DNA of 64,000 nucleotides. Origin: Eledone cirrhosa (Eukaryota). The first letter of the stretch is position 1; each line of letters begins with the position of its first letter. Of the stretch, positions 16,342 to 30,343 are shown piece by piece. The DNA is taken from contig OZ024743.1 in NCBI GenBank assembly GCA_964016885.1, forward strand, positions 375,534,001 to 375,598,000, given 5' to 3'. A model generated the notes under the pieces. The model saw nothing but the letters and a program-made list of their open reading frames with translations, did not search any database and was not told the origin of the DNA. The position numbers and the translations under genes are program-made.

Positions 16342-16611
16342 TGTAAGAATATTTTTCGAAACAGCGAAACAGCGAGTGGGTTTGAAATTATTATAAATGT
16401 AAGCTATCGCCGTATTTTGACTAAAGAAATTAAAGAAATTATTTAGCCTGATAGTGGGGTTAAGAACCCTCGGAGAAATGGAAAAAGATGAGTATTGACG
16501 TACATGGGAGTCAATACTCATCTTTTTCCATTTCTCCGGGGGTTCTTAACCCCACTATCAGGCTAAATAATTTCTTTAATTTCTTTAGTCAAAATACGAC
16601 GATAGCTTACA
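16342..16611. repeat. Fold-back mini-element: ~102-bp arms (16398-16499 / 16510-16611) plus a one-sided tail (16342-16397), inside (TA)n
   Basis: Arms are reverse complements with about 2 mismatches and a 10-nt spacer. Confidence 0.92.
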
Positions 16612-16689
16612 CATATATATTTGTACATATATATACATATATATATGTACATATATACATATATATGTATATATATATATATGTATATA

Positions 16690-16764
<75 letters not shown>

Positions 16765-17010
16765 GTATATGTATATATGTATATGTATATGTATATATAT
16801 ATATGTATATATATATGTATATGTATATATATATATATGTATATGTATATGTATATATGTATATATATGTATATATATATATATATGTATATATATATGA
16901 ACATATATATATATGTATATATATATATATGTACATATATATATACATATATATAAATTAATAAAAACAATGAATCTGAAACAAAGAAACAGTTCCTTAT
17001 ATTAAAAAAT

Positions 17011-17146
17011 TCATCATTTTACGATCGTTTCTAGGATATATATGTGTGTGTTGGTATGTATATCATATAGATCTATGTAAATATTTTACAAACTATCAGA
17101 GGTAATATACATACCTACACATATATATGCTGTCTTCAGAAATAAT
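17011..17146 (-). ncRNA. Type I hammerhead ribozyme (long stem II)
   Basis: Mirror copy of 20322-20457. Confidence 0.7.
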
Positions 17147-17327
17147 TGTTTCTACTTTTGGCACAAGGCCACCAATTGCCCAGTGTATTACTGGTACTTT
17201 ATTTTATCGACCCCGTAAGGATGAAAGGCAAAGTTAACCTCCGTGGGATTTGAACTCAGAATGGCAAGGGCCGTAACTCTATGCGTCAAAGCATGGCGTC
17301 CGACCCTCTACCGATACTGCCAATCCA
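17147..17327 (-). mobile_element. tRNA-derived SINE family 1 (octopus-like)
   Basis: A box TGGCAGTATCGG, B box GAGTTCAAATCC, body ..ctttgcctttcatccttacggggtcgataaaataaagtaccag; 11-bp TSD tcagaaataat. Confidence 0.9.
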
Positions 17328-19150
17328 TCAGAAATAATGATATTTGTTTATTGAATAAAACCAACAAAGATTTAATATAATGGGTCTGTTTGGGAACAGG
17401 TTTTGAATTGACCAATAGAAAAGTAGTAAGTGGTCAAGTTGATAGAATAGTAGTAGTAGTAGAAATTTAATTTAGGGGTAGAGGAATGCAGACTTAAGTT
17501 TTGAATGGAAAGAATACTTTCAATGAAAATATTACTTTGGGAATGAAAAGAGGTCAAGCCGGTGAAAGGTACACGAAAATTTGATGTTATTAAAGAATAA
17601 TGCTAATGTTAAAATCGAAGGAGAATAAAATTTAGGATAAATGTGTTAGTGAGAAATACCAATCGTATTTAATACATAAGGAATTTAGATCTATAAAAAC
17701 AAATTAAATTAATTTAATTGATAGGTATACTTATAGGGATAAATTTATATTAATTCATATAGATGTGATAAATAAGAGTTAGATTTCATTATTTCAAAAA
17801 GTTCCTGGGAACATAATCTACACTCATATCTGTTATTTTGATAAGGGGTGGCCCTTTTGAGCACACTCCAGGTCAGGTTATAATCGATATTCTTTTTTCT
17901 ATAATTATTAATTATTTCAGCCAAGGATGTTGTATTAGCTAATGCGGCATTTTTAAAACTGTGTTTGTGGGTATTAAATCTTACTTTAAATTGGTTAGAA
18001 GTAGCTCCTATATATGAATAAGTTGAGTCCTTAGGGGTAATTTTACATTTATATACTATGTTATTAATAAGGCAATTTCCTTTTAATGGGCAATTTGCTT
18101 TGTTTCTACAGTTACAACCATTCGTGAATATTATATCAGGGGAGTTAGTCAAATTAGGTGTGGAATTTACTCGACTTGTTGTATGTGAAGGAGATGGTGG
18201 TTTGCTGCAGTTTATGGTTAGTTTGATGTGTTGGTGGTATATTCATGGTTTCTTTTTACATTTATATGCATTGTAGGCACTTATATTTTGTTGTATATTT
18301 TTGGTAGTGGAGTAGGAGAATTTGACCGTTGATCTATTTAAAATTTGATGGTATTTATGGTTTGGCGGGAAGTTTTTCTCTAGGATAATAAAAACATTTT
18401 TAGGGATATTATCTTTAATTTGTAGATTAAATTGAGCATTATACCAAGTAACTCGTCTATTACGGTTTCGATGGTGATTTTTTTTTTTATACGATGTATC
18501 CTGATGTTTACTAAGAGAGTTAGTATTAGTGAATTTATTATACATATGTTTAGTTAGATTCACTGATTTAGGTGTTTTAGTCTGATTATTAAGAATTTTG
18601 TTAGTAATGTTATTAACATATATTGGAGTATTAGGAGGAATGGATTTTTGAAAGTTATTATATCGTATGTGAGAAGAGGTAGAGAAATTAAGTTTTAAGT
18701 TGGTATTTTTGGGTATAATGAGTGGCATTTAGGTGTGTATTTTTCATTTGGTGTTTGTTGGTAATATTGGGTTGTATGCTTGTAGTATTATTGGTACAAG
18801 GTATATAGACTAATTTGTTTTTGTGGCCGCTTCTGGCTAAAGCTTCGTTATAAAAGGTCGCATTTTTATCGAATACATCTTGGTTAGATGAAAGGTTAGA
18901 AATTCTGAGTGAGATATTGTATGCTAGGTTTTTAAGGATAGATCTAGGGTGATTTGATTGTGAGTGTATGTAATGTAAGTTTTGGTTAGGTTTATGGTAA
19001 GGTTGGTAGATACCCGTAGATAAGTCTAAAGTTATATCAAAATAAGAATATCGATTATAACCTGACCTGGAGTTTGCTCAAAAAGGCCACCCCTTATCAA
19101 AATAACAGATATGAGTGTAGATTATGTTCCCAGGAACTTTTTGAAATAAT

Positions 19151-19323
19151 TGTTTCTACTTTTGGCACAAGGCCATCAAATACCCAGTGCATTACTGGTA
19201 CTTTATTTTATCGACCCCGTAAGGATGAAAGGCAAAGTTAACCTCGGTGGGATTTGAACTCAGACCGCAAAGGGACGTAACTATGCTGGAAAGCATGGCG
19301 TCCGACCCTCTACCGATACTACC
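19151..19323 (-). mobile_element. SINE family 1 inserted in the inverted GIY-YIG copy
   Basis: Same body; TSD ttgaaataat at 19141-19150 and 19324-19333. Confidence 0.9.
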
Positions 19324-20140
19324 TTGAAATAATGAAATCTAAGGATATCCTATTAAATAAGCGACAAGAATTAATTATATCGTGCAATCATAGAATTAGA
19401 AGAACTTTCAAATATTATAAACCTAATTAATATACACCTTACACTTATATTTTACAAATTATTATAATTAGTTTTTTTTTTATTTAGTTAACCTATAATT
19501 AGTAGTTTACTACTGAGAAATTCATAATATTATTTCCCTTTTACAGCTACGTGTCTTTTCCTAAAATTAATACCTATAAGTATACATATAAACTATTTTA
19601 TTTTCCTGTTATGAATCTAAATTCCTTGTAGTCTATATAAGTTTGTTAAAATGTTTTCCTTCGTTTTAACAACATTCTTTAATAACATCTAACTCTTATT
19701 TATCACATCTATATGAATTAATATAAATTTATCCCTATAAGTATATCTATCAATTAAATTAATTTAATTTCTTTTTATAGATCTAAATTCCTTATGTTTT
19801 AAATACTATTGGTATTTCTCACTAACACATTTATCCTAAATTTTATTCTCCTTCGATTTTAACGTTAGCATTATTCTTTAATAACATCAAATTTTCGTGT
19901 ACCTTTCACCGGCTTGACCTCTTTTCATTCCCAAAGTAATCTTTTCATTGAAAGTATTCTTTCCATTCAAAACTGAAGTCTGCATTCCTCTACCCCTAAA
20001 TTAAATTTCTACTACTACTATTCTATCAACTTGACCACTTACTACTTTTCTATTGGTCAATTCAAAACCTGTTCCCAAACAGACCTATTATATTAAATCT
20101 TTGTTGGTTTTATTCAATAAACAAATATCATTATTTCTGA

Positions 20141-20321
20141 TGGATTGGCAGTATCGGTAGAGGGTCGGACGCCATGCTTTGACGCATAGAGTTACGGCCT
20201 TTGCCATTCTGTATTCAAATCCCGCCGATGTTAACTTTGCCTTTCATCCTTACGGGGTCGATAAAATAAAGTACCAGTAATACACTGGGCAATTGGTGGC
20301 CTTGTGCCAAAAGTAGAAACA
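20141..20321 (+). mobile_element. SINE family 1
   Basis: TSD attatttctga at 20130-20140 and 20322-20332; mirror of 17147-17327. Confidence 0.9.
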
Positions 20322-20457
20322 ATTATTTCTGAAGACAGCATATATATGTGTAAGTATGTATATTACCTCTGATAGTTTGTAAAATATTTACATAGATCTA
20401 TATGATATACATACCAACACACACATATATATCCTAGAAACGATCGTAAAATGATGA
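20322..20457 (+). ncRNA. Type I hammerhead ribozyme (long stem II)
   Basis: attattt-CUGAAGA-[~100-nt stem II closed by atatatatgtgt/acacatatatat]-GAAAC-GAUC-GUA^-aaatgat. Confidence 0.7.
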
Positions 20458-20996
20458 ATTTTTTAATATAAGGAACTTGTTCTTTGTTTTTATTCATTGT
20501 TTTATTAATTTATCTTGACTCTGTTTTCCTGTGATTTTCATCGAAAAAATTTTTGAATACATCTTATCTTTTCATGATATTTGGATTACATTGAATTCTT
20601 CATATGGATTGGACAGTACGCGTCCTGAGGGATTGTGGTGACCTACATTCCGCGGGTTCACATACATTCTCTGTGCGTGATTTGGCTCAGCTCAGCCAAT
20701 CAGCGCCAGTAGAAGAGGATGTATCCCTACGCGTCCGGAGGGGAGAGATTATCCGCGAAGATTTGAAGAATCGCTCTCTTGCAGCTTGACCATGCTAAGG
20801 TAAACACCACTTGTTCTTTTGCTCCGTAAGCACAAACAATATGTAACGACAAAACATTGTTACGGACCTGGCCAAACGCCTCAGCCAGTCGACCATATTC
20901 TCTCTTGTAATCTTAATTGAATTATTTCATTTCTCTTGGCATGCCAGCTTAATTCACTTCTTAACCTTTGTTAATAAATTATGAAATATATATATG

Positions 20997-21319
<323 letters not shown>

Positions 21320-21488
21320 GTATATATATATATGTATATATATATATATGTATATATATGTATATATATATGTATATATATATATATATGTATATATATA
21401 TGTATATATATATATATATGTATATATATATGTATATATATATATATATGTATATATATATGTATATATATATGTATATATATATATG

Positions 21489-21520
<32 letters not shown>

Positions 21521-21552
21521 CATATATATGTATATATACATATATATACATA

Positions 21553-21604
<52 letters not shown>

Positions 21605-21636
21605 CATATATATGTATATATACATATCTATACATA

Positions 21637-21668
<32 letters not shown>

Positions 21669-21796
21669 CATATATATGTATATATATGTATATATATACA
21701 TATATATGTATATATATATATATGTATATATATACATATATATGTATATATATATATATGTAAATATATACATATATATGTATATATATATATATG

Positions 21797-21870
<74 letters not shown>

Positions 21871-22007
21871 CGATATTAACAAATGGAAACTATATTTATA
21901 AAACCATATTTAATATCGTATTTTTAATCCAATTATTTGTTGAGTGCTTTATATCAGTTATAAAAATATTTGCTTGTTGCATCCCAACAATTTAAATAGA
22001 ACTTTTA
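21871..22007 (+). mobile_element. Mini fold-back fragment (short inverted arm + tail) of the 25684-26134 family
   Basis: cgatattaa..ttaatatcg hairpin followed by a tail homologous to the reverse complement of 25684-25770. Confidence 0.75.
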
Positions 22008-22114
22008 CATATATATACATATATACATATACATATACATATATATATATACATATATATACGTAAATATATATATATATACATATATATATATACATAT
22101 ACATATATATATAC

Positions 22115-22145
<31 letters not shown>

Positions 22146-22181
22146 CATATACATATACATATATATATATACATATATATA

Positions 22182-22246
<65 letters not shown>

Positions 22247-22249
<3 letters not shown>

Positions 22250-22880
22250 TATTATATTTTGAGAATAAACTCTCAGTCGTTTACAATAATTAAGCTCCAG
22301 GAAGGGGCTCTTCCGAGCAGTTAAATACATTTAAAGTATATGATAAACACGAAATGTGTTTACATTGCAACAGACAAAGTTAGCTATTAATGAAATAAAC
22401 TAATAAAAGTGAATACAATTTGTCTGTCTCGATACAAGTCAATAAAGACAAGCTTATATTGGCAACTGCCGTGATTCCTGGACATATTTAAATTTCAAAA
22501 TTCAAACCTGTTCTGTAGACGAATTTGAACCTCGAAACCCAAATAAGTTTCGCAACGGTGGAATGTGAATTGAAAAATAAAGAGAATCGAAATGGAATAG
22601 AAATAAAAGAGTGAAATATCCAAATCATCTGTGCATATCAACAGGAATCCAGTAAGATTAGTCTATCTCACATCAACAATTTTGCAGGACTGACTACACG
22701 TGGGTAGGCAGGCCAAAACTAGCTATCCCACACTCACGGTGCTAGAAATAACAGCCGCTTATGCAGGATTAAGGATCAGCTCTTACAATAAAGAAGCTAT
22801 ACATTATATTATATTTTGAGAATAAACTCTCAGTCGTTTATAATAATTAAGCTCCAGGAAGGGGCTCTTCCGAGCAGTTA
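22247..22880. repeat. ~77-bp direct repeats (22247-22323, 22803-22880) bounding a ~480-bp unique core, within (TA)n
   Basis: attatattatattttgagaataaactctcagtcgttta..ggaaggggctcttccgagcagtta twice, 1 mismatch. Confidence 0.85.
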
Positions 22881-22907
22881 CATATATATATATACATATA
22901 TATATAC

Positions 22908-22939
<32 letters not shown>

Positions 22940-22961
22940 ATACATATATATATACATATAC

Positions 22962-23019
<58 letters not shown>

Positions 23020-23239
23020 ATAAATATATGTATATATACATATATATATAAATATATGTATATATACATATATATATATAAATATATGTATATATATATG
23101 CATATACATATATACATATATATATACATATATACATATATATATATATACATATACATATATATATAAATATATGTATATATACATATATATATAAATA
23201 TATGTATATATATATGCATATATATATATACATATATAT

Positions 23240-23292
<53 letters not shown>

Positions 23293-23313
23293 CATATATA
23301 TATAAATATATAC

Positions 23314-23350
<37 letters not shown>

Positions 23351-23356
23351 CATATA

Positions 23357-23432
<76 letters not shown>

Positions 23433-23488
23433 CATATATATGTATATATATGTATATATATACATATATATGTATATATTTATATATC

Positions 23489-23602
<114 letters not shown>

Positions 23603-23738
23603 CGACATTAACAAATGGAAACTATATTTATAAAACCATATTTAATATCGTATTTTTAATACAATTATTTGTTGAGTGCTTTATATCAGTTATAAAAATA
23701 TTTTCTTGTTGCATCCCAACAATTTAAATAGAACTTTT
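23603..23738 (+). mobile_element. Second copy of the 21871-22007 fragment
   Basis: Near-identical sequence. Confidence 0.8.
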
Positions 23739-23888
23739 ACATATATATATATACATATATACATATACATATACATATATATATATATATATATACATAT
23801 ATACATATACATATACATATATATATATATATATATATACATATATATACGTAAATATATATATATATACATATACATATATAAATAC

Positions 23889-23919
<31 letters not shown>

Positions 23920-23968
23920 CATATACAAATACATATATATATACATATATATATATATACATATATAT

Positions 23969-25530
23969 ATTCATCTGGACAGAATCTCTAGAATCTCTGG
24001 ATGAGTTCAATATCCTCCTGAATAACCTACACCCATCTCTCCAATTCACAAAAGAGATGAGTAGGACCAAATTACCATTCCTAGATATAATGATAATCAA
24101 AAACGACACCACCATTACCACGGATATATATTATAAACACACAGACACCCATCAATATCTGAATTTTAAGTCGTGCCATCCACCTCATACAAAACGCAAC
24201 ATCCCATACTGCCTAGTCAGAAGAATTTGTACCATTGTAGAAGATACGAATACCAGGTACAAACGCCTAACAGAACTAAGAGAATTTTTGCTCAAACAAA
24301 AATACCCATCTCTATTTATAGAAAATGGCATACAGCGGGCTATAAAAATACCTATACAACAACTTAGAACAATCCAAGGAAGAAGAAACCAAGAACTGGT
24401 CATACCATTTATAATGACACACAACCCATGTCACCAGAATATATTCAACACTGCCAAAGCAAACCTACCGATCATTGCTCAAAGTAATGAATTAAAAGGC
24501 TTAATCACAGATCGATCTTTGACTCTTAGTAAAAGACAGCCAAAAAATTTGAAGCAATTGCTAACAAAAGCAAAGTTTGACCTTAACAACAAAGACCAAT
24601 CATTCACTGTATCTAAATGCAATGATAATCGATGCGGCACATGTCAATCCATACACGCCGGTCAATATATGAAAACAAAAACTGGAAAAATATTCCCAAA
24701 TGCAAATATGAACTGCAAAAGCAGAAATCTAATTTACTGCATTAAATGCCCGAATTGTGAAGAACTATATGTCGGTCAAACTGGAAATGCACTATCGGAA
24801 CGTGCACGGGTACACCGTCAACAAATCAGAGACCCAAATGTCCGTCAGATACCCCTAAGCGGCCACCTGGCAACATGTGGTCAGGGAATATTTATAATAT
24901 TCCCATTCTACAAATTACACAGCCCAAGTGAAATCAAGAGAAAAATCAAAGAAAAGAATTTTATTGATAAATTCAAACCCAAGCTAAATGAACAATAATA
25001 AAGCCTAGGGGTATTACTTCTACTACCACTATGACCACGACCACTAACAACAACAACAACGATAATAATAATAATAATAAAAGTGATGTTGATGGTGATG
25101 ATTAATAGAAAATGCTATTTTCATCATTTCAAAAAGCAAAACAATTGGTACGTTGGGTATGACTATTGGACGTTAGCATGCTCAACCAGCCGTGACGCTT
25201 AAACCAATCAGCTGTAGTAATTCAGTAAAACTACACACTGATTGGTCGAAATACAGTTTACAGGGCTTTGCATTTTGGAGCCACTTTTCTCTGTATAAAA
25301 TGTATAAAATGTAGTAAATTTACCCATCTCATTACAGTTGAAAATTGCAAACTCGACTGTCACCACATATCATGAAACTGAAGATTGCGAAAGCATGAAA
25401 GTACTTGTTCAATTAACACTTAGAATTTAATATTCTATCATACTATTTCATTATAATACCATATTATATATATTTTAAAGGATTGTAAACAAAACGAGTA
25501 AATCAGACAAAGTTGGAATTCCTCTTATTA
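23969..25530 (+). mobile_element. 5'-truncated PLE (Cys-linker + GIY-YIG type), open frame to 24998
   Basis: [37 protein letters not shown] (RT thumb); [34 protein letters not shown] (GIY-YIG). The ORF track's N-terminus is microsatellite read-through. Confidence 0.9.
25373..25411 (+). ncRNA. Candidate minimal hammerhead in PLE 3' UTR
   Basis: tgaaa-CUGAAGA-u-UGC-GAAA-GCA-u-GAAA-GUAC-UU-gttca; stem I imperfect. Confidence 0.5.
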
Positions 25531-25570
25531 ATACATATATATATATATACATATACATATATATATATAC

Positions 25571-25647
<77 letters not shown>

Positions 25648-25812
25648 TATATACATATACATATATATATACATATATATATAGAAAGTTATATTTAAAT
25701 TGTTGGGTTAACAACGAGTAAATATTTATAACTGATATAAAAGCACTCAACAAGTATTTGGAGTATATTTATGATATTAAATAAATGGAAACTATATTTA
25801 TAAAACCATATT

Positions 25813-25878
25813 TATTTCATTATATATATTTCAGGGATATCATATTAACAATATGTTATGCCTTCTTCAGACAAAATA
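25813..25878 (-). ncRNA. Type I hammerhead ribozyme
   Basis: Mirror of 26026-26091. Confidence 0.75.
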
Positions 25879-26025
25879 CAATATAAACAGTCTTATAAAT
25901 AAATAGATACGACATACTTTTCAATCGACTTGCATTTGGGAGGTTGATTTGGCAAATCAACCTCCCAAATGCAAGTCGATTGAAAGGTATGTCGTATCTA
26001 TTTATTTATAAGACTGTTTATATTG

Positions 26026-26091
26026 TATTTTGTCTGAAGAAGGCATAACATATTGTTAATATGATATCCCTGAAATATATATAATGAAATA
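26026..26091 (+). ncRNA. Type I hammerhead ribozyme
   Basis: tattttgt-CUGAAGA-agg..cct-GAAA-UAUAUAUA^-atgaaata. Confidence 0.75.
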
Positions 26092-26238
26092 AATATGGTT
26101 TTATAAATATAGTTTCCATTTATTTAATATCATACATATATATATATATATATATACAATATACATATATATATATATACATATATATATATACATATAT
26201 ATATACGAGAAAAACCACAGACCCTCCATCTCAACTCA

Positions 26239-26276
26239 CCTTTTGAAAAGCAGAAGAACTGCGAAACCGGTAAAGG
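26239..26276 (+). ncRNA. Minimal type I hammerhead, U3-A8 core variant (in ~210-bp element 26207-26416)
   Basis: cctt-UUGAAAA-GCAG-aagaa-CUGC-GAAA-CCGG-UA^-aagg, followed by AATAAA. Identical motif at 45803-45840. Confidence 0.75.
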
Positions 26277-26424
26277 AACCAAATAAATATATATATTTTT
26301 TTAAAAAATAAGACTTCAGTTGCATTTTCGATTTCATCCCTTTTTCTTTATACTTCCACTCGTGTAGGACACCTCGGTTATTTTTCATTTTGTAAAAAAA
26401 AACCTCACTTTCTAATATATATAC

Positions 26425-26457
<33 letters not shown>

Positions 26458-26553
26458 CATATATATATACATATACATATATATATACATATATATATAC
26501 ATATATATATACATATACATATATATATACATATATATATATACATATATATA

Positions 26554-26584
<31 letters not shown>

Positions 26585-26606
26585 AATATATATATAAATA
26601 TATATA

Positions 26607-26657
<51 letters not shown>

Positions 26658-26844
26658 TATATATAAATATATGTATATATACATATATATATAAATATAT
26701 GTATATATACATATATATATAAATATATGTATATATATATGCATATATATATATACATATATATATATACATATATATATATACATATATATATACATAT
26801 ATACATGTATATACATATATATATATACATATATATATACATAT

Positions 26845-26893
<49 letters not shown>

Positions 26894-26905
26894 AATATAT
26901 ACATA

Positions 26906-26953
<48 letters not shown>

Positions 26954-26985
26954 TGTATATATATATATGTATATATATATATATG

Positions 26986-27075
<90 letters not shown>

Positions 27076-27076
27076 T

Positions 27077-27129
27077 GAGATTCTACAGGACTAGAACTAT
27101 TTCATTCATTAGAAATCATCAGGAATCTC
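27077..27129 (-). ncRNA. Type I hammerhead ribozyme
   Basis: Mirror of 27132-27184; its single difference gives a U.G wobble in stem III. Confidence 0.82.
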
Positions 27130-27131
27130 CT

Positions 27132-27184
27132 GAGATTCCTGATGATTTCTAATGAATGAAACAGTTCTAGTCCTGTAGAATCTC
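27132..27184 (+). ncRNA. Type I hammerhead ribozyme
   Basis: gagattc-CUGAUGA-u-UUC-taat-GAA-u-GAA-ACAG-ttctagtc-CUGU-A^-gaatctc. Confidence 0.87.
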
Positions 27185-27265
27185 ATCTATATTAAAACTT
27201 TTATACTCTGCTATGTATTGAGTACCTTACTTACTGTGGTTACCTCCGATTCAACCCGGAATAAC

Positions 27266-27393
<128 letters not shown>

Positions 27394-27408
27394 GTATATA
27401 TATATATG

Positions 27409-27483
<75 letters not shown>

Positions 27484-27548
27484 GTATATATATATGTATA
27501 TATATATATGTATATATATATATATGTATATATATATGTATATATATG

Positions 27549-27607
<59 letters not shown>

Positions 27608-27771
27608 GTATATATATATATGTATATATATATATGTATATATATATGTATATATATATATGTATATATATATGTATATATATATATGTATATATATATA
27701 TATGTATATATATATGTATATATATATATATGTATATATACATACATATATATATATATATATATGTATGT

Positions 27772-27828
<57 letters not shown>

Positions 27829-27892
27829 CATATATATATATATATATACATATATATGTATATATGTATATATATATATATACATATATATG

Positions 27893-27924
<32 letters not shown>

Positions 27925-27957
27925 TATACATATATATGTATGTATATATATATATAT

Positions 27958-28566
27958 GTCAGGTCACCAGTTGGTGCTACTGGTAACATGTATCCCAGTA
28001 CAACCTGTCTCATGGTCGGGTCGTTGGCGACTAAACTGGCAACCCCACCAAGGTTTCTTGGTGAGGAGGGTGACTTTGGACATCCTGCAGGACTAAAAAC
28101 AAAACCTGTCAAAGGGCAAAGGAGCTCTTAAGAGTCAATGGCCATCCAAAATCACCGGGAGAGATGACCCTTTAGCCTTTGTCAAGGCAGAATTCTAGGA
28201 GAAGGAAAACTCTGATATAACACCTGCAACTCTGATGGTATCCAATGATGTTGACTTGTTCTTCTTTTTGGTAAATATCATCTTGGTTAAGAGAGTGGGA
28301 CTGGCTTTGTGCAGTGCCTTTGCTCACTATAAAAGCTTCACGGCACAGGCATTGCTTTATATCTGGAGATCTCTCTGCACTTGTCGTCACAGGGTACCAT
28401 GGGCCCAGCACTATGTGTCAATATTTGTCACAGTGTAGTGTTTGTACCAGAGTTTTCAAGTCGATAGCTGGACTAAAAGGTCACACTCGTTCAGCGCATC
28501 GGTAGGGGTTCTCCTATATGGATATAAAGTAGTGGCCGTACTCGAAAACGAGTTGGCAGCCACCAT
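27958..28566 (+). mobile_element. Probable internally deleted RTE-type LINE (5' UTR fused to 3' end)
   Basis: RTE-like leader (ggcgactaaactggcaacccc..aaaacaaaacctgtcaaaggg) and C-terminal C2H2 motif [22 protein letters not shown]; no RT between them. Confidence 0.55.
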
Positions 28567-28620
28567 ATATATATGTATATATATATATATACATATATAT
28601 GTATGTATATTTATATATAT

Positions 28621-28779
<159 letters not shown>

Positions 28780-28822
28780 AAATAAACCAAAGAAGCCTTC
28801 AATACATCAAAAGTCTTTATTA

Positions 28823-28860
28823 GCCAACAATGTTTCGTCCTATTAAGGATTCATCAGGGC
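28823..28860 (-). ncRNA. Minimal hammerhead (G10.1 to A variant)
   Basis: gcc-CUGAUGA-aUCC-ttaata-GGAC-GAAAC-att-GUU-ggc. Confidence 0.72.
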
Positions 28861-29362
28861 AATTAAATTTTTATAATTTTTATAATTTTTGTAATGTTTG
28901 GATAATATTTATTTACACCAATTGTATAGAAATTTGACCTCCATCTGTTTTCTTGCAAAGGCTTTGATATTTTTCTAACATAATTTTTCCAACATAATTT
29001 AGTTCTGTACTATATTTTTTCTCACCCGGTCTGTAACTCTATATGATCTGTTAAGTTATATGCCATTATATTATAATATTATTATTATAGTGTTATCGTA
29101 ACATTTATATTGTTTGTGCAAATTAACCGGAGATTATCTATTATATAATTATATAGTTTATTATATATTATATGTTTACTTTTAATCATTTATTCCTCAT
29201 TTTATACTGTAAATAATATATGTATTATATTTTTATTTTTATTTTTATTTTTATCTTTATTTTTATTCTTATTATTCTTATTATTCTTATTTATATATAA
29301 ACTCTTAATAAGTGTTAGTTTGTGCTTGTATTGATGGAAATGTGTATTGATATATATGTATA

Positions 29363-29409
<47 letters not shown>

Positions 29410-29680
29410 GTATATTGGGCCTTTTAATATTATTATTATTATTATCAATTATATTATATTATATTATATTATATATAGTACAATAATTCCCGCTCTATAT
29501 CACCACCTTTGTTTAGCTTTAGTTTTTGCATTGGACTATATTTGTAATATGGTTCAAAATGTTATTCACTTCCTTAGCAATTTTTACTTGATATTTTCCT
29601 ATGCTTTAATGTATGTACACTCCATATTCTTCTGAGGTTTTGGCTTGTATTGGCCGATAGTGCTTCTTATAGCTTTAATT

Positions 29681-29718
29681 GCCCTGATGAGTCCTTAATA
29701 GGACGAAACATTGTTGGC
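29681..29718 (+). ncRNA. Minimal type I hammerhead ribozyme
   Basis: gcc-CUGAUGA-GUCC-ttaata-GGAC-GAAAC-att-GUU^-ggc, then AATAAA. Confidence 0.88.
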
Positions 29719-29894
29719 TAATAAAGACTTTTGATGTATTGAAGGCTTCTTTGGTTTATTTTCATAATTCTTCGGCTCTGTTTAATTACATTGAGCTATA
29801 CTTTTACTGTCATTTCTATAATACAAAGAGGGTGTTTAACTCCAACACACTCTAGTATTTTAATTCTTATATCTATATATGTATACATATATAC

Positions 29895-30341
<447 letters not shown>

Positions 30342-30343
<2 letters not shown>

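Larger units (their letters stand above)
16954..20512 (-). mobile_element. 5'-truncated PLE (probably Naiad clade) with large inverted pseudo-LTR
   Basis: Minus-strand RT-thumb/linker/GIY-YIG (WYNAQF; CNCRNKANCPLKGNCLINNIVYKC..YIGAT; CRLC) at ~17785-19040. Region ~19040-20512 is an inverted copy of ~16954-17895; the left arm has an internal deletion at 'atctaa' microhomology. Confidence 0.88.
25684..26134. mobile_element. Fold-back mini-element: 182-bp arms centred on 25952 (25770-26134) plus tail 25684-25769
   Basis: Near-perfect palindrome (1 mismatch seen) with one HHR per arm. Confidence 0.92.
28780..29872 (+). mobile_element. Non-coding PLE-like element with 88-bp inverted arms (28780-28867 / 29674-29761) and tail to ~29872
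   Basis: Arms each hold an HHR. A solo copy of the tail lies at 51181-51287. Confidence 0.85.

Noticed and set aside
20513-20950. GC-richer unique stretch with a 61-aa ORF as a host exon
   Set aside because: No recognisable domain or supported splice structure; probably an unclassified repeat fragment.
22259-22290. ttgagaa-taaac..gttta as another U3-A8 hammerhead
   Set aside because: No GAAA follows the helix.
22510-22560. ctgtaga..tcgaaac as a hammerhead
   Set aside because: A6 is missing and the helices are unconvincing.
27960-28050. HDV-like or twister ribozyme in the RTE-like leader
   Set aside because: I could not build P1/P3 in the required order by eye; left as untested.
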